Shown: piece by piece, positions 48,996 to 61,500 of the stretch
Layout of the letters: the number at the start of each line of letters is the position of its first letter
Position numbering within the stretch: the stretch's first letter is position 1
Origin: Oopsacas minuta
Lineage: Eukaryota; Animalia; Porifera
Length of the DNA: 64,000 nucleotides
Direction of reading: 5' to 3'
Assembly (NCBI GenBank): GCA_024704765.1
Contig: JAKMXF010000177.1
Location: forward strand, 568,963 to 632,962
Translations under genes and position numbers: made by a program
The notes under the pieces: generated by a model
Seen by the model: the letters and a program-made list of their open reading frames with translations, nothing else
Databases searched by the model: none
What the model was told of the DNA's origin: nothing

Positions 48996-51900
48996 TCAGA
49001 ACGTTGGTCGGTTGAGAGAGAGAGGAGCGATAGGATTGAAAGGGAATTGTGGATTCGTCTTGAGAAGATACTTAGGATCTGCGGAGATATCTACTATATT
49101 AGTCCTAGCCTCTTTAGAGGAGGCCGCTCTGACAGGAGGGGGAGTTAGGTTGGGATCAGTGACAGGGTTGAAAGGTAGAGAAGGCTTAAAATCTTCAAGA
49201 GTAGTGCTAGGGAGATCGCATATCTTCTTCTTATACTGCAGCTGGTATTGAGGAGGAGGTGGAGGGAGAGGGAGAGAAGGGTTACCGTTGAAATTAGTAC
49301 TATGAGAGATAGCACCAGATACACGTAGTGGTATACGAGATGGAACTGGCAATGAGTGATTCATGGAAGAAGCAAGGGGTTGTGTACGAGTTATAGCTCT
49401 GTCATTGAGTTGCTTATTCAGCCAGGATATCACATTTTCATTCGTTTTAATCTGTTCTTGACACTCAAATAATTCCTTCTTGCTCTGTTCCAGCTCATGT
49501 CTAGCTGTCTTACTCTCCTCTCTAAGTCTAGAGCTCTCCTTTTCCACAAGCTCTAACTCATTAGAAACTCTCTTCATTGATATTTCTCTCTCAGCTATAG
49601 CCTTCTCTTGCTCCATAGTTACTGTGTTTTTTAATCTGAGTCGTGTTTTAGTATTATGCAGCTCCTGTTGCAATTTCTGTATTATTTCATTGCCTTTGTT
49701 AACTTCCTGAGAAGCGGTCTTAACAGCTTGCTCCAGCTTCCCTACCATCAACTGTTTGTGTTGTACAGCTGTTTCAAGTCTCGTACGATCAGCTGTGAAT
49801 TCTTCAATAGTTTGAGAGCTCCTGAACAGCTGTTGTTCTCTCTCTGTACTGTTCTGCTCTAAAGTGGTTAGTTTAGTAGTCATTCTTCTTAACTCGTCTG
49901 ATTGATCTTCTGCCCGCGTGTGAGAGCTCATATTCTGTAACCGAGTCTGACTGAGAGACTCCTGCAACTCTTGACACCTGAAATAATATCAAACTTAGCA
50001 TATTATTGATTTAACATTAACTATTGAGAATTAGTAAAGTAGAAATCGGATAGTACGTAAGATATAATTCATATTAATAAATTAATACGAACTAAATTTC
50101 TGATCCAAATTCATCAACATATACAGTTAACATTTGATAACTCGAACCCTCAGGGGAAATTCTGTACGAGTTAATGAATGCTGACTGTATAACTATGCAA
50201 ATTCTCTCACTTAATATGAATACGTGTATAGTTTATACAGATCGAATGTACATTTTTGGTCACCGAGAAGGCATTTAGTCTTTAGTATTTTAAATCCTAC
50301 CTTATTGAAAAAGTTTCTTTCTCTTTCTTACTCTGTTCTAGAGATGTTTCCAGCCTCAATACTTGTTCTCTCAGGTCTGTTAGTCTGTTCTCTAACTCCC
50401 TCTTCTCCTCTCCCCGATCAGTTCCCTCTTTCTGGAGACGAAGTTGTAACTGTCTCTTCTCTGTCTCAACCCTCTCCAGGAGATGCTCCTGCTTCTTGTG
50501 GCTGTCCTCTCTTTCAGCTCGGAGCTCTTGCTCGTTATGCAAAGACAATTCACTCACTCGTGTCCTTACCTCCTCTTGGAGTCGATGTAGTTCAGACTAG
50601 AAGAAAGTATATTAAATAAACAATAGAAGGTTGCGCAGCAAACACTGCGCATGTGTGTGTTGCGAGCACCATGCTGAAACCGCATCAGGAAGATAATCGG
50701 GTTTATTTACTATAATCTGGCTTATAGATTACATCCGTGTCTAATCAATGATACCCCAGAATATATCCCCTTAGCCCAGTAAATGATACTAGCACATTCC
50801 CAAGAGGTGTAGCATTCACGCTGAACCATTAAAAATGTGTCCAGATAACTATAATACCCGAGGAGTATTCTAAAGATTATATCTGGGTATATTCTGGGCT
50901 ACTACACAGCTTCCGATGCATATGGTTCTCGAGTGTACGCATGCGCAAGCCTTTTCTATCCGTATGCACAGTTGACTATTACATATACAGTGCTACCTTT
51001 ACAAACGGGGTGTAGGATGGAGAAAAATGCTACCCGTCCATTCGAACAGCTGTTCCAATTGCAAAATAATTCGTTCGGATTAGTGAAATGCATAGAAACA
51101 ATACTATAGAATCTAGTGGAGATTTTTTCGAAAGTTGTACAAAGGATGAAAAGCCTGCCATGCGGCAACATGTGTAATATAGTAATATATATTACACATA
51201 TTGCCGCATGGCAGCCTTTTCATCCTTTGTACAACTTTCGAAAAAGTACACAGTAGAACTGGATACAATTAATTGTTTTAGAACATTTTCCAAAAGTTGT
51301 ATAACTTTTCTGACCTGTTCAGATTAGGAAGGTATAATATATTGTACTTCAATCGAATCACTCCATTTCAAGATGTTCCCGTTTGTGGAGGTTACACTGT
51401 ATGGAGTAACACTAAAGTATATTAACTGAAATTTGCCCATTTTTGGTGAAATTTGATAGGATTCGTGTAAATAATGTAACAAACATTTTCAAAGAAAGCA
51501 ATGCGTCACCATTACAAAATAATACCTCCTGCTGTGCTGCAGCTGCTCTGGAAGCTGACATGTGTCTAGTGAGCTCGTCCTTAGACACAGCAAGCTCCTC
51601 AGACAATCTACCATTCTCAGTCTTATAGCTCCGCAAGCACTCAGCTAGATATTCCTTCACCGTCCTGTCTGTACCAGGCAGAACCCGCAGTGATAGGTGT
51701 GTCAGATGTTTGAAAGGATTCGTCTCTACTACCTCGAATACCGTCCTACCCTCTCCAGCCTGAATCAGCTGTAGTACGAACTTAGGTTGTTCTTTACTGT
51801 GCTGAGCTCTGCATAGAGTCAGCAGTTCTATTAGTTTCTGAGGGAAAGATGCAAAGTCTATGAGCAGGCCCTGTTGACTCTTCAGATCAGAATACTCCTC

Positions 51901-52092
51901 CTCTGACAGAGCTAGAGTGTGGAGAAAGAATGGATCGCTGTCATCTGTCAATCTCAGAATGAGTTCTTGGGAAAATGGAGAGGCAGATGATGCTGCGTTC
52001 TTAGAGAACACAGATATTCTGATTCTTACGAATCTCTCCTCAGAATTCAGTTTGGTTAGGACAGGAAGTTCCTGAGAGAATAACTCTTCCAT
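48996..52092 (-). CDS. SASS6: Centriole cartwheel protein SAS-6, 3 exons, ~614 aa
   Basis: complement(join(48996..49977,50301..50596,51526..52092)); phases 0 and 2 consistent, 1845 nt. Head domain LRLTDDSDPFFLHTL..DLKSQQGLLIDFASFP..ETNPFKHLTHLSL, long coiled coil (NEIIQKLQ..LKN..QEK..NENVISWLNKQLN), Pro-rich tail. Confidence 0.93.
51124..51245. other. 58-bp-stem hairpin in SAS-6 intron 1
   Basis: 51124-51181 pairs with 51188-51245 with two mismatches; 6-nt loop GTAATA. Confidence 0.9.
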
Positions 52093-54125
52093 AGAAATAG
52101 TATGACCTAAAATTCTAAATAACTACAAAGAACTATTAGTGGGTTTGTCACTGGAAAATTGGACCTACCTACTCCGTGGCATAACAACCGGGGCAATGGG
52201 AAACGTGCCCCTAGCGGCACTCTTTTAGGACCGCATTTTGACATTTCGTCCCACACACATGTTAATATATATCCGTTTCAATCATAGTTACAATATTGTA
52301 CATGCATTTTTTCAAGGACTTGATACCAGTTGCCAATGATACAGTAATATTTTTAAATAATGAGAGTAATGTTTCTATAAGATATGTACTCCAATCATCT
52401 AAAGCTAATGGTCGGCTGAGCCAAACGCGCAGTTGTCAAGTCTCACTTCAACTTTTGCATTCTCACTTTGAAATTTAATGTTATAATCGTGATTAAACAA
52501 GAAAAGAACAGTATTAGGTCATTATCGTAAAATCGTATTTCTAATAGGTATTTTAATTTCTTTAAAAAACTAGCAAAAATAAAAATAATCTTAACGATAT
52601 CACGGAAAGAAATAGTCATAAGTTGACAACTATGTACTAACTTCAACACACAGATTAGGTTAACAGGCAGTGGTGTTTTGTTGAAAAACGAAGTATAGGC
52701 GCTCCAGATTCAAGCAAATCCTAACATCCGAGATGCTTTGTGAAAACTGACACCTAGACATGAACAAAATTTCGTGCCCTCTAGGTGAAAAATCCTGGCG
52801 AAGTCTCTGGCCGCAGCACGAGCAAGCGAACCGCACTCGTAGACATAAAAGTGAAAATTATAATTATATACGTAATAAATAACTTACATAAGTGATATAA
52901 TTGTTGTACAATTATGCCTAATTATAGGTATTCTCTTCACAGAGAAACTCCTTACTCTCATATTTATGGTTGAATAATATGAAATCATTACGGAATATTT
53001 CATACAACCTCCTCCGTATATTCAGTGGAATTTCACTGAAATACTGGTTACATTTGGCACGTGTTGCTTTCTTTTCAAATGGTATGAAATACAAAGGAAA
53101 CTAGAATCAGAATGTGTAGTAAATTTAAGTTATTGGGAATTCATGAAGTTCTGTAGGAAATGAACACTAACTAATATACAGTGTCAGGTAAATATGTATC
53201 TCTGAGTCATTCTAAAGCCTAATAGAACTTATATTTATAATGTTATGTCTAGAGTGCCAGCAACGGCACCCAACTTTGAGTGTGCCAAATTTCTGGGAGG
53301 TAACCTCCCAAATTCAATAAATCCCCGAATAGTATAATTGTATGCTTTACGTGTTCTGTACTATCCCTACTATCCCGGGATCTTATTTCTAGTACGTGAA
53401 ATATTCTGCGACTGGTGTAAGCACGTCACTACGCGAGGGTGGCCTGATAGCCAATACAGTAGAGAATTTGGGTCAATAAGCAATCTATATGGAGTGTTAT
53501 AGAGCATTCCAAAAGTTCTGATTTCTACTATTATTTGAACGAATATATATTCGAATAAAATAGTATGTGTTACATATTTTCGAAGTAATCACCCTTGACC
53601 TCTATACACTGTTTAAGGCGCAGGATCCAATGTTTAAATATCTTTTTATACTCATCTTGGGGGATCGATTTTAGGTACTTATAAATGGCCGACCCTATCT
53701 CTATCCTACTTTAAAATCTCTCCCTCAGAGGTGACTCTTCATCTCGGTAAAGAGCCAAAAGTCACAAGGACTTAGGTCTGTAGAGTAAGAAGGATGCTCA
53801 AGTATTTCCTTCCAATCCTTTCGACATACTCGATAACCACTTTGACTTTATGACTGGATGCATTATCTTGCAACAGCTGTATTCCGTGGCTCTACTTTTA
53901 GGCCTGCGCTCTAGGTAGTGTTTCTCAATAGCACTAATAACTTGAGTGGTGTAAAACTGTTCAGTAAATCGCTCACTTTAAGATTTGAATTAACGTTATT
54001 GATATATAATTGATACTAAACAATATACAAATAAAATAGGATATAAACTTATAAAAGTTAAGAGGGGTAATCAATAATAAACAACTGGTATACAGTAAAT
54101 ATGGATATTTATGACGATATGGTAA

Positions 54126-55322
54126 TTAATATCTCTGCAAGCAGCCTTTGCCTTCAATGCCATGATTTACACAGATAATATTATCTGACTTATCTAATAC
54201 AATACCGCATAAGAAATAGAGATGTCCTCTACCCAGAATATGCTTCATCACTCCTTGAGGTGAGAAGATACGGATTTCGTCAGCAGAATTGTCTGTAATT
54301 AAGAAGTTCCCCTTCTTATCAATCGTGAAGAAGAAAGCTTCTATCATTGGCTGATCCTGTCCAGTTAGCTGTATAATATTCTGGAGAATACAGCCTCTGT
54401 TGTAGCAGTGGATGGAGTTGTGGTCTAGAGATAGGATGTAGATTCTGTCAGAGATTACTGTAATGTCTATTGGATAATTGAGTTCTCCGTTGCCGAACTG
54501 TTTAATGAATTTAAAATTAGAATCAAATATTTGAATTCTTTGCATACTACCATCACAGACATATATTAACCCAGCTTCATGACACAATCCTGCGATACCA
54601 GTAAATCGCCCTTCTGTAGTGCCTCTTGAGCCTGTTTCCTTTAGGAATTGTCCTGCTAGGCTAAACTTCACAATAGACTCTTTAGCTCTATCAGTAACGA
54701 ATACTTCTTCTTGTGACAGACATATATAGTGCGGCTCCTTCAAATCGTCAGTCCCAAAAGAACGTAAATACTTTCCTTCAGCATTCAACACTTGAATCCG
54801 TCTGTTGCCTATGTCACAAATGTAAAGTACATTCATTGCTCTATCTACAGCTATTCCTGTGGGATTACTCAATTCTCCACTTCCCCTACCACGCTTACAA
54901 ACCTTTTTGATGGGATTTTCTCTCTTTACATATTCGGGACTAACTTCAAACAAATCAATTTCCTTCACAGCAGATCTAATTTTTTGAGGATAGCAACGAA
55001 ACTCAACCATCTCCAAGTTATCTACTGCTACTTTTGAATTTTCTAATCCTACCAACTGGTCATCGAATAATTTTCTCATCGGGTCTAACAAATTGCTCTT
55101 CATTGTTTTTTGAGCATTTTCTTTGGTAAATTTCAGTTCTTTGATTGCTTCGTCCAAATTTAGATTTTTCTCATACCCCTCTTTCACTTTGGCAAGTCTA
55201 GTCAGTAGGCTATCCCTGTGTTCCGAGAGAAATGCGAAAAGTTCATCAAAATTTCGGATAATTTCCATTTTGAGAGCTTCCATTTTTTGTTCGGAATTAA
55301 ACTCCTCTATTACTTCAGCCAT
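54126..55322 (-). CDS. Coiled-coil + NHL-repeat protein (TRIM-NHL-like without RING/B-box), intronless, 398 aa
   Basis: N-terminal coiled coil (EIIRNFDELFAFL..); NPTGIAVD..LYICDIGNRRIQVL and further NHL repeats. Confidence 0.88.
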   Translation of the reverse strand: MAEVIEEFNSEQKMEALKMEIIRNFDELFAFLSEHRDSLLTRLAKVKEGYEKNLNLDEAIKELKFTKENAQKTMKSNLLDPMRKLFDDQLVGLENSKVAVDNLEMVEFRCYPQKIRSAVKEIDLFEVSPEYVKRENPIKKVCKRGRGSGELSNPTGIAVDRAMNVLYICDIGNRRIQVLNAEGKYLRSFGTDDLKEPHYICLSQEEVFVTDRAKESIVKFSLAGQFLKETGSRGTTEGRFTGIAGLCHEAGLIYVCDGSMQRIQIFDSNFKFIKQFGNGELNYPIDITVISDRIYILSLDHNSIHCYNRGCILQNIIQLTGQDQPMIEAFFFTIDKKGNFLITDNSADEIRIFSPQGVMKHILGRGHLYFLCGIVLDKSDNIICVNHGIEGKGCLQRY

Positions 55323-56109
55323 AACTATAACAATATACAGAAATTGAATGCAATTCTAGTTTAGTATACATGATGCTACTTTGTTGCAGTTGCTTGCAGC
55401 AAAGTTACAACGTGTATCGTGCAACAATGTTTATGAAATGGGTGTGTTGCCTACAGCTTTTCCAGTGGCACTATTCTATCTTACTAATAGTAGCCTTCGG
55501 TTAACTATGCTAATTAGATTATTCTAATGCTAATATTTATTGGGGGCAACGTTTGTGGAGAATATCCGTGAGCGAAACGCACAAAACTCTATCCAATTTT
55601 ATTTTCTGTGCTGCTGTGCCGACTCAAAGTATTAATTAATTGCAATAAAGGATTGGGCAAGATTCACAGGAGAAATATAACACTACTTGTATGGTGCTGT
55701 TTCTTGCCAAGTGACACGATTAACTGGTAAAGCGGAGTCTACTGTAGTATAATTGAAGGTCATTTACCGAATACTAATTGTAAAGTAGATCAAACAATAA
55801 AAAACACACAATAATCAAATTATCTTATTAAGTCATTGTCGTACTTACCAAATACGATAAAGGTAACAAATAAATTGGAGGTGTTTGTTGTTGTTGTTGT
55901 TGTTGTTGTTTTGAATTAGAGTTGTGTGTTTCTCGCGGTATAATCAAATGATCAAATTGAACTACAAATTCAATCAACTACTTATTATATTGGCCTCATT
56001 TTATATATATTATGGGTATATTTCAATACTTAGCTATCCTATTACTGATGAATTGCTTAAGTCATTAAATGGGTGAATTTCGAACATAATTATCAGATAT
56101 ATTTTACTC

Positions 56110-56837
56110 GGAGAGAGACACTTGTGTACAGAGACATTTGTGCACAAGACAAGTGCGACATTTGTGTACAGCAGAGTTGGAATCGGGTCGGGTTTCTCGG
56201 GTCGGGTTCTGGTTAGAAGTTGATCATTTCGAACTTCGAGCGTAATTTTTTAAATTCAATTATTTAATTCTAGTCTTTGAAAGATTATATTTACATTAGA
56301 AACATCTATGGAACTTTAATGAAATGGACTCAAAAGGACATTTATGGGATAAATATTATTAACCCATAATATTGTAAGAACATATTTTCCTTAAAATACA
56401 AAACCTGCTACTAGTTACTTAATTTACTCAATTTATTTACTTAATTTAATAAAATATCAACAAAACATATATTTTAGAGGAAATTGAGTAGATCTGGAAT
56501 CTTCTAAATTTGAACTCAGGGTTCAATTAATAGTGGTTCTTTCTTGAATTTTCTTTTTAAAATATACAAGTATAATTTTTATTAAAACAAAGAAAATAGT
56601 TGTACTACAATGAACATCTCGAATGCCCGTTAAGTCGAACATTTGTTATTTCGAACAGAATTTGATTTCCTCTGACGGTTGGAGATAACGGATGTTGACT
56701 GTATATATGTACAAGAAGAGAAATTCTATTTATTATCACAAATTAAAGATTCTACTGGTGTACACACAGAAAATCTGTACACAAATGTCGCACTTGTCTT
56801 GTATATAAATGTCTTTGTACGCAAGTGTCGTACTTCC
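56110..56837. mobile_element. Mutator-like MITE (~65-bp TIR), containing a pogo-end fragment near 56610-56703
   Basis: GGAGAGAGACACTTGTGTACAGAGACATTTGTGCACAAGACAAGTGCGACATTTGTGTACAG vs the reverse complement ending 56837; flanks ATTTTACTC / ATTTTTACTC (~9-bp TSD). Confidence 0.75.
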
Positions 56838-57462
56838 ATTTTTACTCACAAGTACGTAGTTGGTTATAAATTTCATCTTTGACTTGTTTCATGTATAAAA
56901 ACAATGTGCTACATACTACAGTAATAAACTAAGCAGGCTTGCCGTGGATATGGACATCCATGGATATCCCCATGGATATATCCATGGATATTCAATAATA
57001 GGGATGCTGTTATAATTAAATTAACAATATTACTAAGTACACTTACTAGTGTTGTTCAGTGGCGGCTCTAGCATGGAGTTAGATGGGGCTAGCGCCCCAT
57101 CTAAATTTTTGTCGGCCCCATCAATTAGCCTCTTCAGTTAAGCTGGTGTATTACATGTAACTAACCAGCACCACACAATTATTATTTAATACTGTATGAA
57201 TATCAAATTATCAAATTATTTGATTTCCCAATTGAGAATCGATTATGATGGAAAATTAGTTATTATCGGTAAGATCGGTGGAGTCGTGTAGGTAGCCAAT
57301 TATTGTAATGTCAGCAATTGTTGTGTCACGAATAGTGCCAGATTTCATGTAAAGTTTTGAATTCTTTCAAGATCTATGTTGGTGAAAGGTAACCAATTAC
57401 TATGCAATTATGATGCAATTATTGCTACTGCTATTCATCCCTTTCACTCGTGAATTCTGGTA

Positions 57463-57804
57463 TTGCTAGCCAAAAGGCCAAAGGCTACTACTCTTGGTAT
57501 AGAACTCCAAGAATTCAGAGACACCCGGGTACCAATGAAGGATCCAACTCAGTTTTGGCGGTACAGTGTCTTAACACGTCTGCACTCCTGTGCAAAGATA
57601 ATTTTCTCGGCACCAATATCTTCTGCAGCCGCGGAGAGGTTGTTCAGCCAGACCGGCAATCTACTTTCAAAAATGAGAAAGAGAATGTCACCGGGCGGTC
57701 ATGAAGAAATTAGTACACATCAGATACCAGAAAATGTATATCACAATAATCAAACTGGGAATTGTAATCGAGCCAAAGGAAGTTGCGATGGTCATCGACA
57801 ATGA
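57463..57804 (+). pseudogene. hAT C-terminal dimerisation domain fragment
   Basis: DPTQFWR..LHSCAKIIFSAPISSAAAERLFSQTG..KMRKRMSP. Confidence 0.85.
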
Positions 57805-57911
57805 GCCCATGTCCCTGTCATTTGAAGACGATAGTGATATCGAAGAGTTTATGAATGACAGTTTACATAATATCTAGAGCTTCAGTATAACGTTTAGTAT
57901 ATGAATAGATT

Positions 57912-58444
57912 CAGGGTTTCATCCAGGCGCGTATTTTAAAAAGATATTATAGTTAAGCGCGTGAAAATTTTAACAGCTAGGCGCATGGACGCGCCTAGGT
58001 TAATATCGACAAATAATTCAATGGGTTACGTCCAGGCTTCCATCCAGGAGCGCCACGCGCGCCTACAGGCGTGTATTTACAAAAAATTTGTATAGTTAGG
58101 CGCAAGAAAATTTTGAGAGTTCGACGCGTGTCACGCTCCTATGCTAGGCGTGCTGTATACGCCTAATTCCGATGAGTAATTTAATGGGTTACGTAAGAAT
58201 CATAAAGGTCAGAGAGACAATGAATAAATAAGAATATACAATGTTAGGTCAATAGTTACTTATTTAAAGTGAAAGATTCTAGATGACACCTCTGGAATGT
58301 AGTATTAACCGTATAATATGTAGTGGATGTAAGGTCTGCTTAAAATTTAAGTTTGATGCTTCGAAAATTCAAATAGTCTAGGCGCGTAATTAAAATCGAG
58401 AACTCATTTAGGCGCGCTACATATAAAAGCTGGAAGAAACCCTG
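57912..58444. mobile_element. hAT-type MITE nested in the 56934-58608 element
   Basis: CAGGGTTTCATCCAG..CTGGAAGAAACCCTG; perfect 8-bp TSD AATAGATT; AGGCGCG-rich internal repeats. Confidence 0.9.
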
Positions 58445-58537
58445 AATAGATTTTCATTAGTAATCTACATCTACATAGCGGTTACCTGTACATAACAGTC
58501 ACTACTAGGCTTGAATGGCCGTTATAGACAAGATGTT

Positions 58538-61500
58538 CTAGGTCTTTGAAATATCCATGGATATGGATATAGATATGGATGGGATTTTTCTCATCGACGG
58601 CAAGCCTGGTATTTTGCTATTTATTAGTCCTTTTTGGGTGTACCAAGTAGAGATTCCTGAATCAGAGGATACTCCAGAAGTAGAGCTAACTTTATGAGAT
58701 ATATTCGGACTACCGCCTATATACTCACCAGAAGCAGTATCATCAGGATCAGACAGGAAATGCCCGGATATACCAATAGGATTCTCGTATGTAGTGTTCT
58801 TAAAAGGAGAAGGTGAACGAGAGAGAGTGTGTGCTTCTGACGGATCAGGGTAGTAGGTCAAACCACGGTACAATTGATGTTCAGAATCAACCGACTCACG
58901 GAAGGTCTCTTTCTCCGCATCCTCTATATTTTGTATCTTCACTTTAGCCACATTCTTCTTCTTATAAACCAAACAAACGATAAATAATATCGTAAATACG
59001 ATAATAAGAATAATGATAATGAAGGCTAATGAAGGTGTCCCTACAATTAGAAGTATCCTTCCTATAGGTAATACAGTAGGATCACTACTACACTCATCAG
59101 ATATAGTGTGTAAACAGTGTAGCTTAGATGGAAGAGACAATAGATCACCATCTGGTGTCAATAAAGTAATACCATCAGTAAATATAGGTTCTGAATAACT
59201 ACTATGATCTTGTATAGAAAATAAGCTGGAAATAGGAGGAAGAGACCGTGAGGAATGTAAGTAGATAAATACTTGTGTAGTGATAGAAATCGGGAGAAAT
59301 AGATCAGTACTGACGGTATAGAGGGATGGATTTGATTCAGGACTCGCTTCAAATACAATTAAGCTGATTCCACCAGTATAAGTTTGAGATACGAATGAAC
59401 CTATACACAATTCCCAATTAGTATAATCAGATAGATCAGCCATACTGAATAATCCCAAATATACTTTAACTGTATCGAATTGTGTGTAAGGAGAGTGTTG
59501 TATGTCTGATAACTCAACTCTGATAGAGAGATGGCATACGTTAGTGGAATTGAAGGTTTCATAGAAAACTGGTAAAGGCAAAACACCGAAATGCGAGGAA
59601 AATAATCGACGAAAATCTTCGAAGATAACCACACCATCTGCAGTGACGTCATTCATATTTTGTACATAGAAGTGGACCAATCACGAATAACAAGTTCCAC
59701 TTCATGAATAAATATTGTAGCAATTTCCAAATCTTTCCCCTATAGAAATGAATAATCAGCTAACCTCCAAACTTCATTAATAGCATCACTAAGATATTTT
59801 CATCCGTCAATTCCCTAATACTCAGCCTCCGCAATTGGTTCATTTCTTCAAATAAGTTTAGGCTAACACACTCATCTACATTGCTGTATTCCCATACTGG
59901 CTGATCAGCTGTGCATTCATATGGTGGAATACAAGTACCTGAAATTACCTCATACAAAGTATTTGGGCATTGCTTACGAATGGTTATACCAATGGGTGTA
60001 TCTGGATATACAGTCCCAGTACTATCAAGAATACTAGGACATTTCAGCCCATCTATAGACGGTGTACAATCTGATCCAGTTGGAAAGAACCCCTGTAAAC
60101 ATTCGCAGAAATCCACCTAGAATGTTTTCACACTTTTGGGTCGATCCGCATAAATCAAGTGTAGCACACTCATTGATATCCACACACATTTTCTCCTTAC
60201 AATCCTCAGTATAGTAGTAAGAAGGTTGTGTGAGATTGTTCGAGGAATATCCAGTAGGACAAACACAATTAAACCCACCTACAATATTCATACAAACAGC
60301 TGGATACTGTCCACATGCTGGGTAATAGAAACTACACTCATTTATGTCTGTACAGGCAAAGCCATCACCCATGAAACCTTGTTTACACACACAAGTATAG
60401 CTGCCATATGCATTGGTACAGATTGTATCCACGTGACATGGAAACCCAAGACATTCATCGTTATCAAAACAAGGCCCAGGTTCAATTCCTTCAGCGAAAG
60501 CAGGTCTGTTACCAATACAGTGATCTACGTCACAAACTTCAGTGATCAGGTCGCACGAAGTATTTCCACATGGAATCCTCGTAAATCATACTCGCATGTA
60601 TCACTATTCAATACGCTTCCTACACCACATGTCAAGTTGCATACGTCACAATCCATACCTTGAAATGAGCTTGTACATTCACATATGTATATAGCGTTAC
60701 CGTCCATACATAGTCCATTCACACAAGGATCAGGTATACAATTGTCAATCACCTCACTGCAGTTCTTAGCAGTGATATCAGGTACACAAATATACATATA
60801 ATCATGTGGAGGTACATTAAGACAATCTATGGAAAATTCAGGGTCACAAGGATTAGGGTCGCATGCATCATCAACAACACACACACAGGGTATATTTGGT
60901 CAATAAATATGTACGCTGTATCACAGTCACAATCGTATGTATTTGGGTGGGTAAGGTCAGTACAATTGCTACTAATTCCACACGGATCACAAGAACATAA
61001 GTCTGCTTCCTGATCGCATAAGTCAACTGTCAGTGTACGAGGACATTGACACCCAGTGCAATTTGAATATGGACTAGTACAATGTTTGCAGTCCAGCCCA
61101 CAGGTAGTACAACTAGAATCCTCCCAATACTCTCTACACAATCACATCCAGTACAAATGGTGTTGTGAAAGCCTTCGTTTCCACAGGTTATGCCACAAAC
61201 TGAGCAATCAAATCCTCCCCATGAGGTAATACAAGTACAGCCATGACAAGTTGAATTAGCCGTTCCAGCATTCAAACAGCTGGAAAATTCACAAGTACTG
61301 CAGTCGATACCAGTCCATCTCTCCACACAATTACAGCCATCACAAGTTGAATTTGGTGATCCACCATTCAAACAGCTCGTAAACCCACAAGTATCGCACT
61401 CATCACCACACCAATTCCCTACACAATCACATCCATTACAAGTTGAATTTACTTATCCACCGTTTTTACATACAATAGGACAAGTAGTACAATCGGTACC

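Larger units (their letters stand above)
56934..58608 (+). mobile_element. Internally deleted hAT element
   Basis: Perfect 12-bp TIR CAGGCTTGCCGT / ACGGCAAGCCTG; subterminal CATGGATAT arrays at both ends; hATC fragment inside; TSDs do not match. Confidence 0.8.

Noticed and set aside
55382-55426. 45-bp TGTTGCA..TGCAACA segment upstream of the NHL gene
   Set aside because: Only 7-bp ends match, no TSD; too little evidence for a mini element.
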